35,722 nucleotides of DNA from Perkinsus olseni (lineage: Eukaryota). Of the stretch, positions 11,479-24,026 are shown one piece after another. How positions within the stretch are numbered: position 1 is the stretch's first letter; the number at the start of each line of letters is the position of its first letter. The notes below the pieces were generated by a model. It was not told the DNA's origin, ran no database searches, and saw only the letters and a program-made list of their open reading frames with translations. Both the position numbers and the translations under genes were made by a program. The stretch spans positions 1-35,722 of the forward strand of contig JABANN010000358.1 in the NCBI GenBank assembly GCA_013115125.1. Reading direction: 5' to 3'.

Positions 11479-13796
11479 ATGCCGTTGTTCATGATCCAGC
11501 AAGGTTGCTGTTGTGTTGGCCACCACCATCAGGACGCCTTTTCGGGCACGGTTCAACCCCTCGCCCAATCCCGAACGGGACACTACTGAATTGAGGAGAA
11601 TCCGAGGTTGCATCGCCAAGAGAGGGTTGATGCAGTTCCCTGTAGTTGAGGCCATCCATGGGCTCCGCGGTGGCAAGCAAACTGTCCTTCTCGAGGTCCA
11701 GGGAGGACCCCGATGTAATACCATCACCAGCAGCTGCTCGCTGTCATCATCATCATCATCCCCATAGGTTGCTCGGAAGGTGGTGTACGGCAGCCCGCCC
11801 GAGTGCGGTGTCGAGTACGCGAAGGCCTTAGCGGCCCAGGTAGAAGAAGATGGTATGGTTGGGAGCATAGGTGAGGGCAGCTGGTGGGGAGGGGGGGGGA
11901 TGATGAGCGTATCTTAGCTGCTCATATCTAGCAAGCTTCGACCTTGGCAGCGTGTAAACTCACTTTTCTGTGTGCAGGGCTGCTAGTGGAAGAGCTCTCC
12001 AGACCCGGGCCTCGCCAACGGTCACCACCCCCACCTCCCTTAGCGTTGATGGATGGTCAAGAGGAGGAGGAGGACGGCGACAGTCCTGCTGCGGCCACAA
12101 CGACTCTAGCGCTGGTGAGCTTGGGAATCTTCTCTCTGATGCAGGGGTTTGCTGACTGCAGGCTAATGAAGAGGCGACTAAGATGGAAGAGAACGCCATG
12201 GTCCTGTAGTAAGTAACGGTACCTCCGGTGCCTTTAATATCGAAGCAGTTGTTTTGGTTGCTCGGAGATCTTCCGGCTTCATACCACTCTTCCGCAAAAT
12301 CATGTCAGTGACGTGTAGAAGAGAGATCGTCCTGAACTCTCAGTACTAGCGGCAGTCCTCCCTCAGTTCTCCTCTGACCCCTGCCTCCCCCGCCAACCCT
12401 CATGATGATAGCGTGCGTGCTAAGGACCGCCTGGCGGCAGCGTACGAGCTCCAACTCTCCCCCTACAGCAAGGCCGTCAGGCAGCTCGAACTCGTCAACT
12501 ACGTCGAGCAGGCCACGGGAGGTGAGCCTAGCAGAGGCCAACTTCTTCTTCGCACGCTTCCTTGCAGACACCTTCCACTCCTTCGAGATCATAGCGGCCG
12601 CTGAAAAGCTCCAAGTTGATGCGGTAGACTTAGACTTAGCTAGGTACACCTAGCAGAGTCCTCTTAGGTACGAGCGCTGTTAGAGGCAGGAGCGGACCCA
12701 AACTCTCTCGGCCCGGCGGTGCGAGTTGCTCTCGATACTCGAGGTGGATATACTCAGTCGCCCATCAAGGGATCATCCCAGGTACGGTAGGGGGTCAGAG
12801 AATAAGATGTTGAGTCGAGCTTTCTTCGGCGAGTTCGATCCCGTGTCGAACTGCTGGGTTACTCAGGTTACGGCTCTCCACGTCGCAGCGGCGGTACGGA
12901 AGAATAGAGGCGATCGTGTGAAGGACTTGATTGACACTCTGGTTGAATACAAGGCTGATGTCATGGTGAGAACACTAACCCGCCTTCTTTTTGGAGTTGT
13001 TGTGACGATCTCAGAAAGTTACGCCGACCAACGCCGAAACGCCCCTGCATCTGGCCTGCTACTTCGGAAATGCAAAAGCCGTGAAAGCTCTCCTCAGCCA
13101 CGTTGGGAGGAAGAAAATCCGAGGGTGAGTCCACGGCCGACGTTCCGGTATGATGGTGTTGAAGATACGTGAATCTTCGGAGCAGCTGGGGACACACTGC
13201 CCTCACCTTGGCGGCTTCTAGAGGGCATGGGGAAGTCTGTGAACTCCTCCTTCGGAATGAGGCTGACCCGACTGCGAGGTGGGCGGGGTGTGGTACTCTC
13301 ATGAGTCCTGTTGCGACATGGTGAGGGCCATTGAAGTAGATGAGTATCTTTAAATGCATGAGGTTACAGCTTCAACCTAAGATACGTGCAATCGGAGTTT
13401 ACCAGTTGTTGTTCCTTTCAGAGTACCATCAGAGGGCGATAGGTCGGCTGCTGAGATCGCCCTCGTGAGCGGCTTCAAGAAGCTCAGCGCCAAGCTGGGG
13501 AATGCACAGCCCTTGCCCCCCATCGCTGTGGATGTCTATAGCAACGTAGGCGTATCTTACTGTCGACCATGCAGATTGCAGAATAGGTTCGTCGACCTTC
13601 GGCCAAGGCAGCGGTTGAAGCTGCAGGGGGATCACAAACCGACCCCGACGCGCTGTGGGTGAAGTTGGAGCAGCCGAAGAGCCCCACAGGGATGATATGG
13701 TATCAACGGCCCGCGTCGGCGTCTCCTTCTGCTGTGGAGCTTCTCTTCAGGTACAACAAACTTTCGGGCAACTACCACGTGGCTGAGAACAATTAA
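11479..13796 (+). CDS. Ankyrin-repeat protein with a C-terminal WW-like motif, multi-exon
   Basis: Exons encode LEAGADPN, VTALHVAA, ETPLHLACYFGNAKAVKALL and GHTALTLAASRGHGEVCELLLRNEADP. Terminal exons give LWVKLEQPKSPTGMIW|YNKLSGNYHVAENN* (TAA 13794-13796). 5' start uncertain. Confidence 0.7.
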
Positions 13797-14318
13797 TAAT
13801 GACAAACTGCTTAGAAATATGCAAACCCGCATGGGGTGATGTGTTGCTCTGCTGTTGCTAACAGTCTGCTTGTGTTGGATCATGATGAGCTGAAGATTCA
13901 TGGTGGCCACGGGTCGGTGGCCGGGGCCGAGCACCGGACTCGTGGTAGTTATTTCGGGGGAAACCTGAAGAAGGTCGTAGGCCGTAGAAGCGGACAGCGC
14001 AACAGTCGCAATAGTACATAATTAATCGCTTCTGGTAGTAGCTCAGCACCGAGCTATCACTTTCTAGGGGAGGACTTCGGCTGGGAGTGGTTCCTGCCCT
14101 TTTCAGATTCGAAGGGCTCTCTCAAAGACTCTAGAGGAGGTCGACCTGGACCTTGTTTTCGGGGTGATGCTGTCACCCGTTACGTGCATCAACAATGGCC
14201 GCCGCCGCCAGCCGTGGTGGTTGTTGTTACTGCTGAGCCGCTTTCGTTTTACCTCGAGACATATAGACTACGGTGTTGTTGCTCATCGTTATCCTTACCT
14301 ACTGACCTTTTTTGTCTA

Positions 14319-15014
14319 ATGACGATGACCTCTACCCTATTCGCCCTCTCTCTGATGTTGTCGACTCTGACCTCCACGGAAGCTCTCAAGGCTGCCAAAC
14401 AGGTGGGCATGACTCGCCAAGGGGAAGGGCCATCTTGAACCACATTCTAGGTCGCTCCGTTCGACCCAGCTGTCACCGTAGAAAGGCTTCAAGAGTCCAT
14501 GGACTGTGAGATTGAATATGAGTCCGCGTATGTGCGTGTCTCCAAAGCATCAAGCTTCCCGACAGAGGACAGCGACATCTTCGCCCGCACTACAAAAAAC
14601 GGAAAAAAATTCATGGCGACATTCGAGTAAGACAAAATCTGTTCAAGAGATTCTGTTGGCCCTCATCAGTAGCGTTCGCTTCGACCGATGCTTGTCCTCA
14701 GCGGATACAGAAGCCTCATATTCCGGGAAGACGGCAGCAGCAACGTGTATCATTTCGATCAATACGGCGGAGCTCTTTACAAGAATGAGAAAACCTATTG
14801 GCTGAGCGAGAAGTTCGCGGCCGACCATCCCTTCTCTTCCCTGTACGAGCCCATCATGGCCATTCTCGAGAAGGGCGTGACGCAAGAAGCGTGCGAAGAA
14901 GTGGCCGATTACATTGTTAAGGATCCTCGCGAACCGTTCAGGAATGAGGGGAAGTCTCTCTGGCTTGACCAGTTCCTACTGGAGCCCGAGAGATCGGAGT
15001 ACCACAAATATTAG
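14319..15014 (+). CDS. Uncharacterised secreted protein, paralogue 2; 3 exons
   Basis: Signal peptide MTMTSTLFALSLMLSTLTSTEA. Introns 14403-14450 and 14627-14701 give a continuous frame ending HPFSSLYEPIMAILEKGVTQEACEEVADYIVKD...WLDQFLL...KY*. Confidence 0.85.
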
Positions 15015-16157
15015 CTCAAGACTTGGTAGACGGGAGCGGATGGCGGTATCATGATCTCATGTGGTGTTGGTGCGTTGTCTGATGTCAGTCTACTCTACGC
15101 TTCGCGTTCGATGGTGAGGACAGTGGCATACAACAACACTTAGAGGAAATCACCCGACTAGGGCGGCTTATGCTGAGTAAACGGCGTCACGTGAGAAACG
15201 CAAAGTGTGGTATTCGGAGAGGGCCTCTACTGGGACGGACGATTTCCACTGACAACATCGACGCAACTCGGGCTATAGAAGAACGAGAGATCTGGAGGAC
15301 AATCGTGAGATGAATCGACTAGTATCGGCTCCATCGAGTGGGTGAGATGGCGGCACATCGCCATGATCCTGCTTCGTGTCACACCGACGTTGTACGCTTG
15401 CACTGGGTCCCGGAGCATCCCGATGGGCAACGAGATGGATGACCAGTTGGCGGCCCAAGGCGGAAGCCTCTCTGAGGTGAGCGCTGAAGGGTGCGTCAGT
15501 TGTCGACCACTCACTCGTTACTTGAAGGAGCGAATGGCCACCTGCTGCTGCTGGTGGTCTGGTGAGCGAGCCCGGCTGGGGACTGCCATCAAAGAGTTCT
15601 TCTTCTGCGTCTCCCGCACATCACCGTCGATTCGTTGTATAAAATTGGCGTGACGGCTGCCGGCGGCGGCGCCCTTTGTGCTGACTGAAGAGCCTCGACA
15701 GGATCGCCGATATCTGTGCTCGAGTGTGATGATGATGGACTCACTGAGACCAAGCGTCGCTGCTCCCCTGTAAATGGCCCACCCCTGGTGGATGGCGCTA
15801 AGGAATCTCGACTGAAACGCTTTACATCACTCAATGACGATCAGGAAGGAAGATGCAAGAGAATCGACCGATGAACTCACACGAGGACCATGATTGCAAC
15901 CTGCACTGTCGAGCGCTGTCAGAATGCGTCACGGAAATCGCCATCATCCGTCATTTTTCTTCTCGCCATCTTGGCACACTTCGAGCGTTTCAGAGGCTTT
16001 TCCGGTTTGTTTTCATTCCTTCCCACACAAGAGCTGTCCACGCGAAGGCGATAGTCTTCGGAAGCTCCACTGTGTGTATAACCCAGATCGTCTCAAACAG
16101 GAAAGCGTCGTGTGGACATCCAGTTCGAGTAGTCTGTGCAGTAGCTTTGCCCCACTA

Positions 16158-16266
16158 ATGGCCGCTTTCTTTACTCGCACCGTTTCGATCCTCCCCTCAG
16201 TTATGGCTCTAAGGTCTGCCTCCATGGTAACGCGAAGCTCTTGATGGGCGTCGTTAGGCCAACACT

Positions 16267-16303
<37 letters not shown>

Positions 16304-16832
16304 CGTTTCAGGTTGACCTAGTCAAACCGGCCGTCGTCGTGGATAACACCGAAGCTACCGAACTGACCTGCGTGATCAGTTACGGATCACTGGATGTGAG
16401 CGTCTCCTACTCGGACGCTCGTGAGAAGTGCGCCATTGAAGCGATGGCAACAGGCAGATGCTTGAGTGCCCGATTCGAGTGAGACATAATATCATCGGTC
16501 ATGCGGATCCACCCAGCTTGCTGCTCTCAATGAGTTTCATTCTCAGCGGCAATGGAACCCTCGCGCTCGACAATTGTGGACTGGACATCGGAAAACAGCA
16601 GCTCACCGCGGACCAATTTTCCGACCATCCCTTCGCCTCTCTGTTTGAACCTCTTATGGCCATACTTCAGAACGGGGTCTCCCAGAATACATGCAGAGAG
16701 GTCGCTGACTACATCTTGAAGAACACCCGTGGGACATTCAAAAATGTTGGACGGACACCGTGGCTTCGTCAGTATTTGCTGGGCCTCTGGCCAGAATCAC
16801 AGGGTGACAAGTATGTGTCGTTTTCCTCCTAG
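16158..16832 (+). CDS. Uncharacterised secreted protein, paralogue 3; 3 exons
   Basis: Starts MAAFFTRTVSILPSVMALRS. Introns 16227-16311 and 16479-16546 sit at the same positions and phases as in paralogue 2. Encodes HPFASLFEPLMAILQNGVSQNTCREVADYILKN...WLRQYLL. Confidence 0.85.
16267..16302. repeat. (ATC)12 microsatellite within intron 1 of paralogue 3
   Basis: Perfect trinucleotide run. Confidence 0.95.
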
Positions 16833-17600
16833 GACCGAAGGTGTGATGTATTCCCCATGTTACGACGCTGGTGTTCGGCAGCGCTGGTAGGGTTGTGTCG
16901 AGTACGATGTTTAAGAGACTTCAAAGTGCCAAACAGACGGACGGTTCGACCGTTATTCATTCGGCCACGGGTAGAGAAAGAATCGACTATTCAGAAGCTT
17001 CTAGAAAAAACCTGTTGGGACACAGGAAGTGCAGTCTGTAACGAGGGAAAAAGACAACGTGAAAACGTACGTCCGACGTTCCTTTCCATGGGGGATCAGT
17101 TCAGCCTGTTGAACAGGCTCGCTTCATCAAGCCAAGAAACGTTGATATCAGAACGAGGTCATCTTCATCAGCTGGGGCGCTTCCTTCCCACCCGGCAGAG
17201 TCCGCTTCCACAGGGGGCTGTGCACGACTACGAAACACTAGCGCCTCTCGCAGTGTGTCCATCACAAGCATCATCTCCGAAAAGTCCACCGGTCTCGCGC
17301 CACGTGGCCTCATTTTCGAACGTTGCACTCCTCTTTCGTTACGGACTTTATATGCTGTTGTCCGAATCACTCCCAGAGACAAAAGACTTGTGCAGGCGTG
17401 GTGCCCCAGTGCATAACAGGGAGTATCCACAGGAGTAAATGAAGTGGAGATAATAGTCAGACAGTTACAGACGAGGGTGGTTGAATCTTATGCTAATGGC
17501 AACTTACGTAATGGTCGTGGGTTTCTGCATGTTGAGCAACCCGACTCAAACCAAACCCGATAGTGGTCATAAAAACAGCAAAAAACAGCGATCGTGAAGT

Positions 17601-20600
17601 CTACGAAGAACTCTCTTTCTGACCGTCATTCGGCGGCGCTTCTTCGTTCGGTGGTGTGATGCAGATCGATGCCGTCTCCTCGAGGACTCCCTCGTTCTGA
17701 GCTACTTTCGGTGGGCCGGCAGGCCTCGCGTCGGCGTCCACTTCCGCATGCTTCAGGACCACCAAGGCATGGCGATACCTGTACCTCACTGAAAGCTCGT
17801 CGTCAACGAAAGCAACCTACAGCGACTCGATTCTCTCTCCCTCCAGTCTGAACGTCTCAACATCAATCTTGGACTTCAATGGTTGAACAAAATCGATGGC
17901 CGCTTGCCGACACGCCGACAGCCGCCGTGAATCCTCAAACAGTTGTGATCGTATCTGTAGCATGAAAATCATCCTGAAGGCCACAGCCCTTTCGCCTGAC
18001 CTGCTCAATTTGGTCCATCGTGGCTTCGTTCGTCCGGGCCGTGTACGTGTTCAATACGTTGGAGTCGCCATCAGCAGAATCCACTCCCGTGATGGCGGCG
18101 GCGGATGTAAACCTGATACCATCTCAAGCTGAACTTCCTCTACATCGCATGATGTGGCCATGTGCCTGCCTGGCCTTTACCCGGCGAGCATCGCAGCACT
18201 GCCGTTCTGAAGGGCCTCCTTCTGTTGCGCCAACTTCTTCACGTTACTCGACACGCTGTTCATGCGGTCCTCGATGAACCGCAGATGCTCACGACAAGTA
18301 CCGATGTATCTGCTTCTGGTATGACCTTCCTTCTCACAAGCAACCAACCTACGCTTGATTGATTTGTGACAGCTTCTTCTTCAACTCTACGCCAGCCTTG
18401 TCATCGGTCTGAGCCACGGCCTCCTTCGAGCTGCCAGCCATCGTGGCCACCTTTCCACCAACTTCAAGGACTGGGCAGCTGCGGGAACGGCTCACCTCGT
18501 CAAAACGGTCGTGCAGGCGGTTGAACTTCGTCTCTGCGGCTTCGGCTGCCTTAATCGACTGGTTGTAGGACTCCTTCGTGTCGGCCAGACTCTGAATGGC
18601 AATGAGAACTCCGCCGCAAAATGATGAAGTAGCCTTCTAAATCAGAATCTTCGGATATCCAAAGTTCACTGCGTCTACTCAAGATATCAGTATCTTTCCC
18701 ACCACCCAAGTAATATGAAGACTTCTCCGACGACCTTACTGCAAGCGCGTGCCGGACGGAGTGATAATAACAACCCCCAACTGATGTCACCTTCCTAACA
18801 CTCTCTTCGCGTTGCATGCACAGCACCTGCTGCCGCTGGGCCTCCACGAGGTCTTCTGATACCTTCTCCAGCTGCAGCCGCAGCGACTGCTTCTTCGCCT
18901 ATCCTCAGCGCACTGAGGCCGACCCGCCTCGTCCTGTGGTCACCTCCAGGGCCGCTATCCGGGCATCAACTTCCTTCCTGTCCGCCATCATCGCCTTCAT
19001 CTGCTCGTCCACGCGCTTCTCTTGGGACGCCAAACCCGCAGCATCGCGACTCTGACCAGACCCGTGGCCCACACCCAACCCACCCGCGGACTCACCTGGG
19101 CATCCTGCTGGGTGGTCACCATCGAAGACGCTCTTTGCGACGAGGCTGTGGACGACTGGACCTGCATCGGAAAGGCCTCCCACACGGTCCTTAGAGAAAA
19201 GGTTCCCACCATCCGATCACATTTACTCGCAACTTTCTTCTCATGCTCTGCCCGACTGTCGATAGAAGTCTTAGCGTGATCGTTAAGTCGCCCCCACAGG
19301 CGGACCAGACCTTCAGATTGGGCCAGGCGCGCGTCAAACCACCTGATGGCGGATCATGCCCATCCCCCACCGTACGCGACCTGATCGTTACCTGTCCCAG
19401 TCGCCATCCTCAGGTCGCTTGTTCGCCGCCACCATCAGCTCCTGTCGACGGCAGTCCGCTTCTATCTGTCAGAGATTCCGCTACCGGGGATCGAACCCGG
19501 GTCATTTATCTCACCCCGTTGCGCTTCATCTCACAAATCAGCCACTCTGTATTCCAGTCCTTCTTCAGACAGTCGGACAGTATACTCAGGGACCTGCGCA
19601 AACCCATGGAGAGGAAACCAGAGGAGGTTAGCCGGGTTCTCACCATGCGCAACCATCTCCCCCATCCCGAGCTTTCTCGAAAGATTCAACACCCGGAGTC
19701 CGACAAGACGGCGGTGCTGCATCATTGTTGTCGAAGTAAAGGTACTCGGGATTAGTCGACAGAAGATGGGCCACCACCGGCTCCCAGACAGCCGGGCTGC
19801 CGTTCAGCAGACCTGAGGGTGACGCAATGACACCTAGGCTGTTTCCGAAGACCGACGTTCGGGAGCTGAGAAGATTTCGCGTGTGCAATACCAAATTTCA
19901 CACTACTCGCAATCATATTCCTCGATAGAAACTTTCCTTTTCCTTCCCGAAAAAAAAGTCAAGCCTCAAACAGACGGCTAAGCGACCACTACTAGAAACT
20001 TTCGAGAATAAGATATTCGGGTGATGACAGATCGGGAGCTCCGCACACCTACGAGTAAGAAGTTCATGCAGCAGCACTGCCGCCTCGCGTTCCATCTCTT
20101 CCGCCGCTTCCACCAAGGTCCTCTCCTTGGCCACTGACGGGCCATCATCGTCAACTGTAGGGGAGGAGGATCCTGATGAGAACGACGCATGATCGAACGC
20201 CGTGCGCTGTGAGGGGTCACCTGACGATTTCCCACTCGACCGGCTTGAGGCTGTCTGCGGCGGCCAGTTCTTGCCTAAAATACCCAACCATGGGCGAGGA
20301 CTCGTCCACCTCTCAGGACTCACTCAGCCCCACTGCAATCGTAGTGTGGATCCGCGGTCCTGAGGCGACCCTCACGGCCGAGCATAGCGTCTCTTCAAGA
20401 GCCCGTGACCGCAATAAAACCTGGAAGCAGAAATTCGAAACGGAGGCAGCTGCGGTGGGAAAGATCCCACCTGAGTGAAGTTGAGTTGCTTGGGCCGTCC
20501 GAAAGCCTCATCGCTTGGGACGCTCTCAGTGTACATCGGCGCAAGCGACCGAGCGACCTCTTGGTCAGGGATGAGATGATTCACACTTTCTTCAGCCTTT

Positions 20601-20961
20601 CTTGGACGGAGCGATGCAGAACAGCAGAGGGAGCAGCTCTCCTCCCACCTCATTAATAGCCGCCAGCCACTCCCTATACAGCGCCACCAAGGCCTGTACG
20701 TTCCGGACTTGTGCCGCCCTCATCTCCAATGCCTCCTAAAGGGACACAACTGATGCCAGGCTTCGACCGGGGAACCTTACGATGGCAGCCTCGACGGTCG
20801 ATGCACTGCGGCCCCCTACGCGAACTTGGGAGACCTGATAGGCCCTATGACGACGAAGAAGAAGAAGACGGTCAGCTGCTGCTGCTGCTGCTCACCCTGT
20901 GCCGAAGGGTTGTGCTCTTCTCCTTCACGCTTTCGAACGCTCCTCGAATCCAGCTTGACAT
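17601..20961 (-). CDS. Large multi-exon coiled-coil hypothetical protein
   Basis: ATG at 20961 (MSSWIRGAFESVKEKSTTLRHR|GTGAG). Many short GT-AG-bounded exons with heptad-like content (EKRVDEQMKAMMADRKEVDARIAALE|AKKQSLRLQLEKVSEDLVEAQRQQ). Last exon ends ...GQKESSS* at 17601. Could be more than one gene. Confidence 0.55.
19476..19507 (-). other. tRNA 3'-half-like fragment (T arm plus 3' acceptor strand, tRNA-Glu/Asp-like) inside a 49-nt intron
   Basis: Minus strand AAATGACCCGGGTTCGATCCCCGGTAGCGGAA: perfect CCGGG/CCCGG T stem with a TTCGATC loop (B box). No 5' half nearby. Confidence 0.55.
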
Positions 20962-21592
20962 AAATTATGAGAAAAAATAATCAACTGCTACCACTCGAAC
21001 TCCCTTAGGGAAGTTACTCAGTAAAGGGGAAGAACCAATCCGCTGGGCTGTGCCCCTGATCTCGCCTGGCAAGCCACTAGGATTCCGGTCATCGCGGTCG
21101 ACGAGAATGGTAGAGTTGCCGAGCCTTGAGATGTTCTTTCAACCATCAATGAGGGTACGCATGAGGAGTTTCAATAATAGCAAGGGGTGTACGGTCGCGT
21201 ACTGAATGATATCCTGAGGTTTATATTCATACCACACCTTCCCGAAGTTATCGTGCTGCTAGCCCCCCCCCAAGCATTGACAGCTCTTGTGTCGTCAAAC
21301 TTCGGAAGCTAGCGGTTAGGTCTCTTAGCAAAGTCGAATGATCATCTCCATCGCAGGAGAGATATTTCGCCCAGTGCCATGGTCAAGATAAGATACGCAT
21401 GATGACGATATTTGGTATCAACTTTCAACATCCCCGAGAGAAGGAGCCCCGCGCGTCGAGCTGTCCCAATTTTGTGTCAAAAATCAGCCGTCTCTGTGGC
21501 CAAGCCAAACAGCCAATCTCAAGTGATGGTAGAAACTCGAAAATTAATTTCAATAATGAATACTACAGCAAAGAAACTACACACAGTCGCTA

Positions 21593-23707
21593 TCAATCCG
21601 CTGTGAGCAGTCGTTGTGTCAAGTGTCCCGTAACGCTAGTGGCCATCTGGCGGCCGTAGGGGATGTATGTGAGAGCATACCACAGTATGGCAAGGAGCTG
21701 GACGATGACAGCGATGAGGATCAGCACTCGACGGTGAGGAGAACGGATACAGGTGTACAGGGTGGAGAACATCGCCAGGAGGTATCTAAGGTTGAACAAT
21801 GAAAGATACGAAACAGCCACAGATCAAAACCGGCGATACGCATGTCGGTGGTTCAACTGATGATGCGTGGTAGGCTATGAATGCTATCAATCGATTAGAG
21901 ACGCTGCACTGTTGAGCGCCTGAATTCCGTCATTGCCCATGGTCGACCTAAGATACCATTGAGCTTAACCTCATCCTCAACGCACTCGCTGGGATTCGGC
22001 ACGTGATGGCAAAGAAGGATTACCACCATATTCATAAGGACGAAGTTTTCGACCAATTGCTGTCGGATAAGTTGCAATCAAGATTTCGGCAGGTGTGAGA
22101 ATCAGATTGATCACAGTTGAGGCGCCACCAAGAGGCATTATCGTAACGGTTAAGAAGTACGGTCATCCCTAAAGTCCTTCCCTCCCCGCTCACATAGCCG
22201 CAGCCATCGCCCTATTATCTTTGAACATGTTTTTGAATTGCCGTACAGGGCCAACCAAAAACATAGTCGACAACAACTGCAGTACGTTACCGATGGTGTA
22301 TCTGAGACAGAAGAGAATACACCAATTCCGAATCGGTCGAATAATTCCTGGCACCGCCGACAATTCGACAAGTCTCAGATCAGAGGAAATCTATTCTGGT
22401 CGAGCACTAAAAGCTTATCCCAGAGTTCCTTATTCTCCACCACCAGAGGCGAGGGTACTGTGCGCTACCCCCATGCTCGGTGATATGACCAAAACTGTGC
22501 GATCGTGAAATCGATAATCAACTGCGCGACAGAAATATTCTCTCACGGCTTTTCCGAAGGCAGTACTGATAATAATAATACTTTTCGTGCCTACATCCCG
22601 AGCCATTGCGAGGTACCATGACGAGTGAAACGCGACAGTTCTATTCTCAGAGTTGCCAGAAGCTCTCATCGAGAGAAGCATGATTCAACCTAAGATACCA
22701 ACCAGAGGAAAGAGTGCTGTATTATGATAAGAAAATTGAGGAGGAGAGAAACCATCTCCAAGACCTCTACTTCGAGTGTTGTCAGGTTGAACATGATCTC
22801 TGCGGGTTGTTGCTACAGCGACCTTCCACGTCAGTTTTTCGTTTACAACTTTTACTTCTAGTTTCACGCGTTCGACTCTCGATTCACAACGCGTAATGTT
22901 TCTCCTAACGCCTGAAACACCCTCGTTCAACACAACACGAGCGCAGCTCCGTTAAGCCAGCCCAAAGGGCAGCAGGGTGGGCATCAAACTTATGCCATCA
23001 ATCGGCTTGCGAACTCTTCAAGGTTACTAACCTCATCCCTAATGAGGATAGCTTTTTCCGGGCTCTTTCGAATTATTTTCTCTAATTTTCGAATATTTTC
23101 GCAGCCAAATTCGGTTATTTTCAACACTCACAGTGTAGTTTCGTCCACTGCACGGATGGCGATAATTAAAAACATTTTCCCTTCTAATTTTCCACTTTTG
23201 CAAAATGGAAACCACATTTTCAGTGTTTTCCACTTACGGTCTAAAACGTGAATTTACTGACCCCCCGTTTAATAAAGTAGTTCAGTAACCCAGAATCAAT
23301 TTTTAGACGTAAAAGGCGGTTCCCGAGACGATTCTGAATCTCAGAATTGGCTTATTAAACGACCCAGGAGTCTTGAGATCTCACAACTCAGATGCAAGTC
23401 TTCGCGCTTTGCGATGACACCTGCCCAAGTACTACGCTAAAGCGAAGCGTGTTGGTCGTCCCAGTAGTAGTAGAGTGAACGATCCGAACGATCCGATGCT
23501 GATGAGGACCCCGGCTGTGAAGCAGCAAGCCCACCCAAAAACCTGGAGGGAGCGGAGGAATCTTAGGTTGAAGGTTGCACGTTATATTACCCGCTGTTTG
23601 ATAGTCAGGCTCGGGAAGAGGCTGTCATCATGATCCGACAGACCGAGTGACTGTGCCCACTGGCTGGCGAAGGGAGATCCACCGGAAGGGGGAGAAGGAG
23701 GGGACAT
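21593..23707 (-). CDS. SFT2: Vesicle transport protein SFT2 (Got1/Sft2 family); 4 exons
   Basis: Exons 23707-23591, 23542-23436, 22301-22194 and 21785-21593 splice to ...PSLTIKQR|VFGWACCFTAGVLISIGSFGSFTLLLLGRPTRFALA|YTIGNVLQLLSTMFLVGPVRQFKNMFKDNR...|...LWYALTYIPYGR. Confidence 0.92.
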
Positions 23708-24026
23708 TCTTCGACTGTTCACTTTACAATGGTCACTGCTTCGACGATTATATATGAGTGAATTTTACGAAAATGGGCGAAAAGTTCCGACGTTGTGCAT
23801 AATCAGCGAAGTTTCAGTTTTTCCTTTCACCGGAGATGTCTCGTCTTCTTCTACTGCTTCCACTTCTTGTGGTATTAACCTCTTCTCAAAGACCCCAGGT
23901 CCTGTGGGCGCAGAGCTCTGCTTGGCTGCAAGTAACTGTTAAATACGAGAAAGGACCGCCCCACGCTGTGAAAATAACCAACACGTAGGGTGGCACAACA
24001 GCACGGCTGAGAAGTATCTTAGGTCG

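Noticed and set aside
15227-15900. Exon-like fragments between paralogues 2 and 3
   Set aside because: I could not assemble a consistent reading frame or recognise a product.
15965-15975. GCCATCTTGGC resembling part of the Perkinsus spliced leader
   Set aside because: Only 11 nt match and the flanks disagree; expected by chance, so it is not an SL gene or relic.
16857-17438. 193-aa ORF downstream of paralogue 3
   Set aside because: No domain, family motif or supporting splice structure; cannot be supported as a gene.
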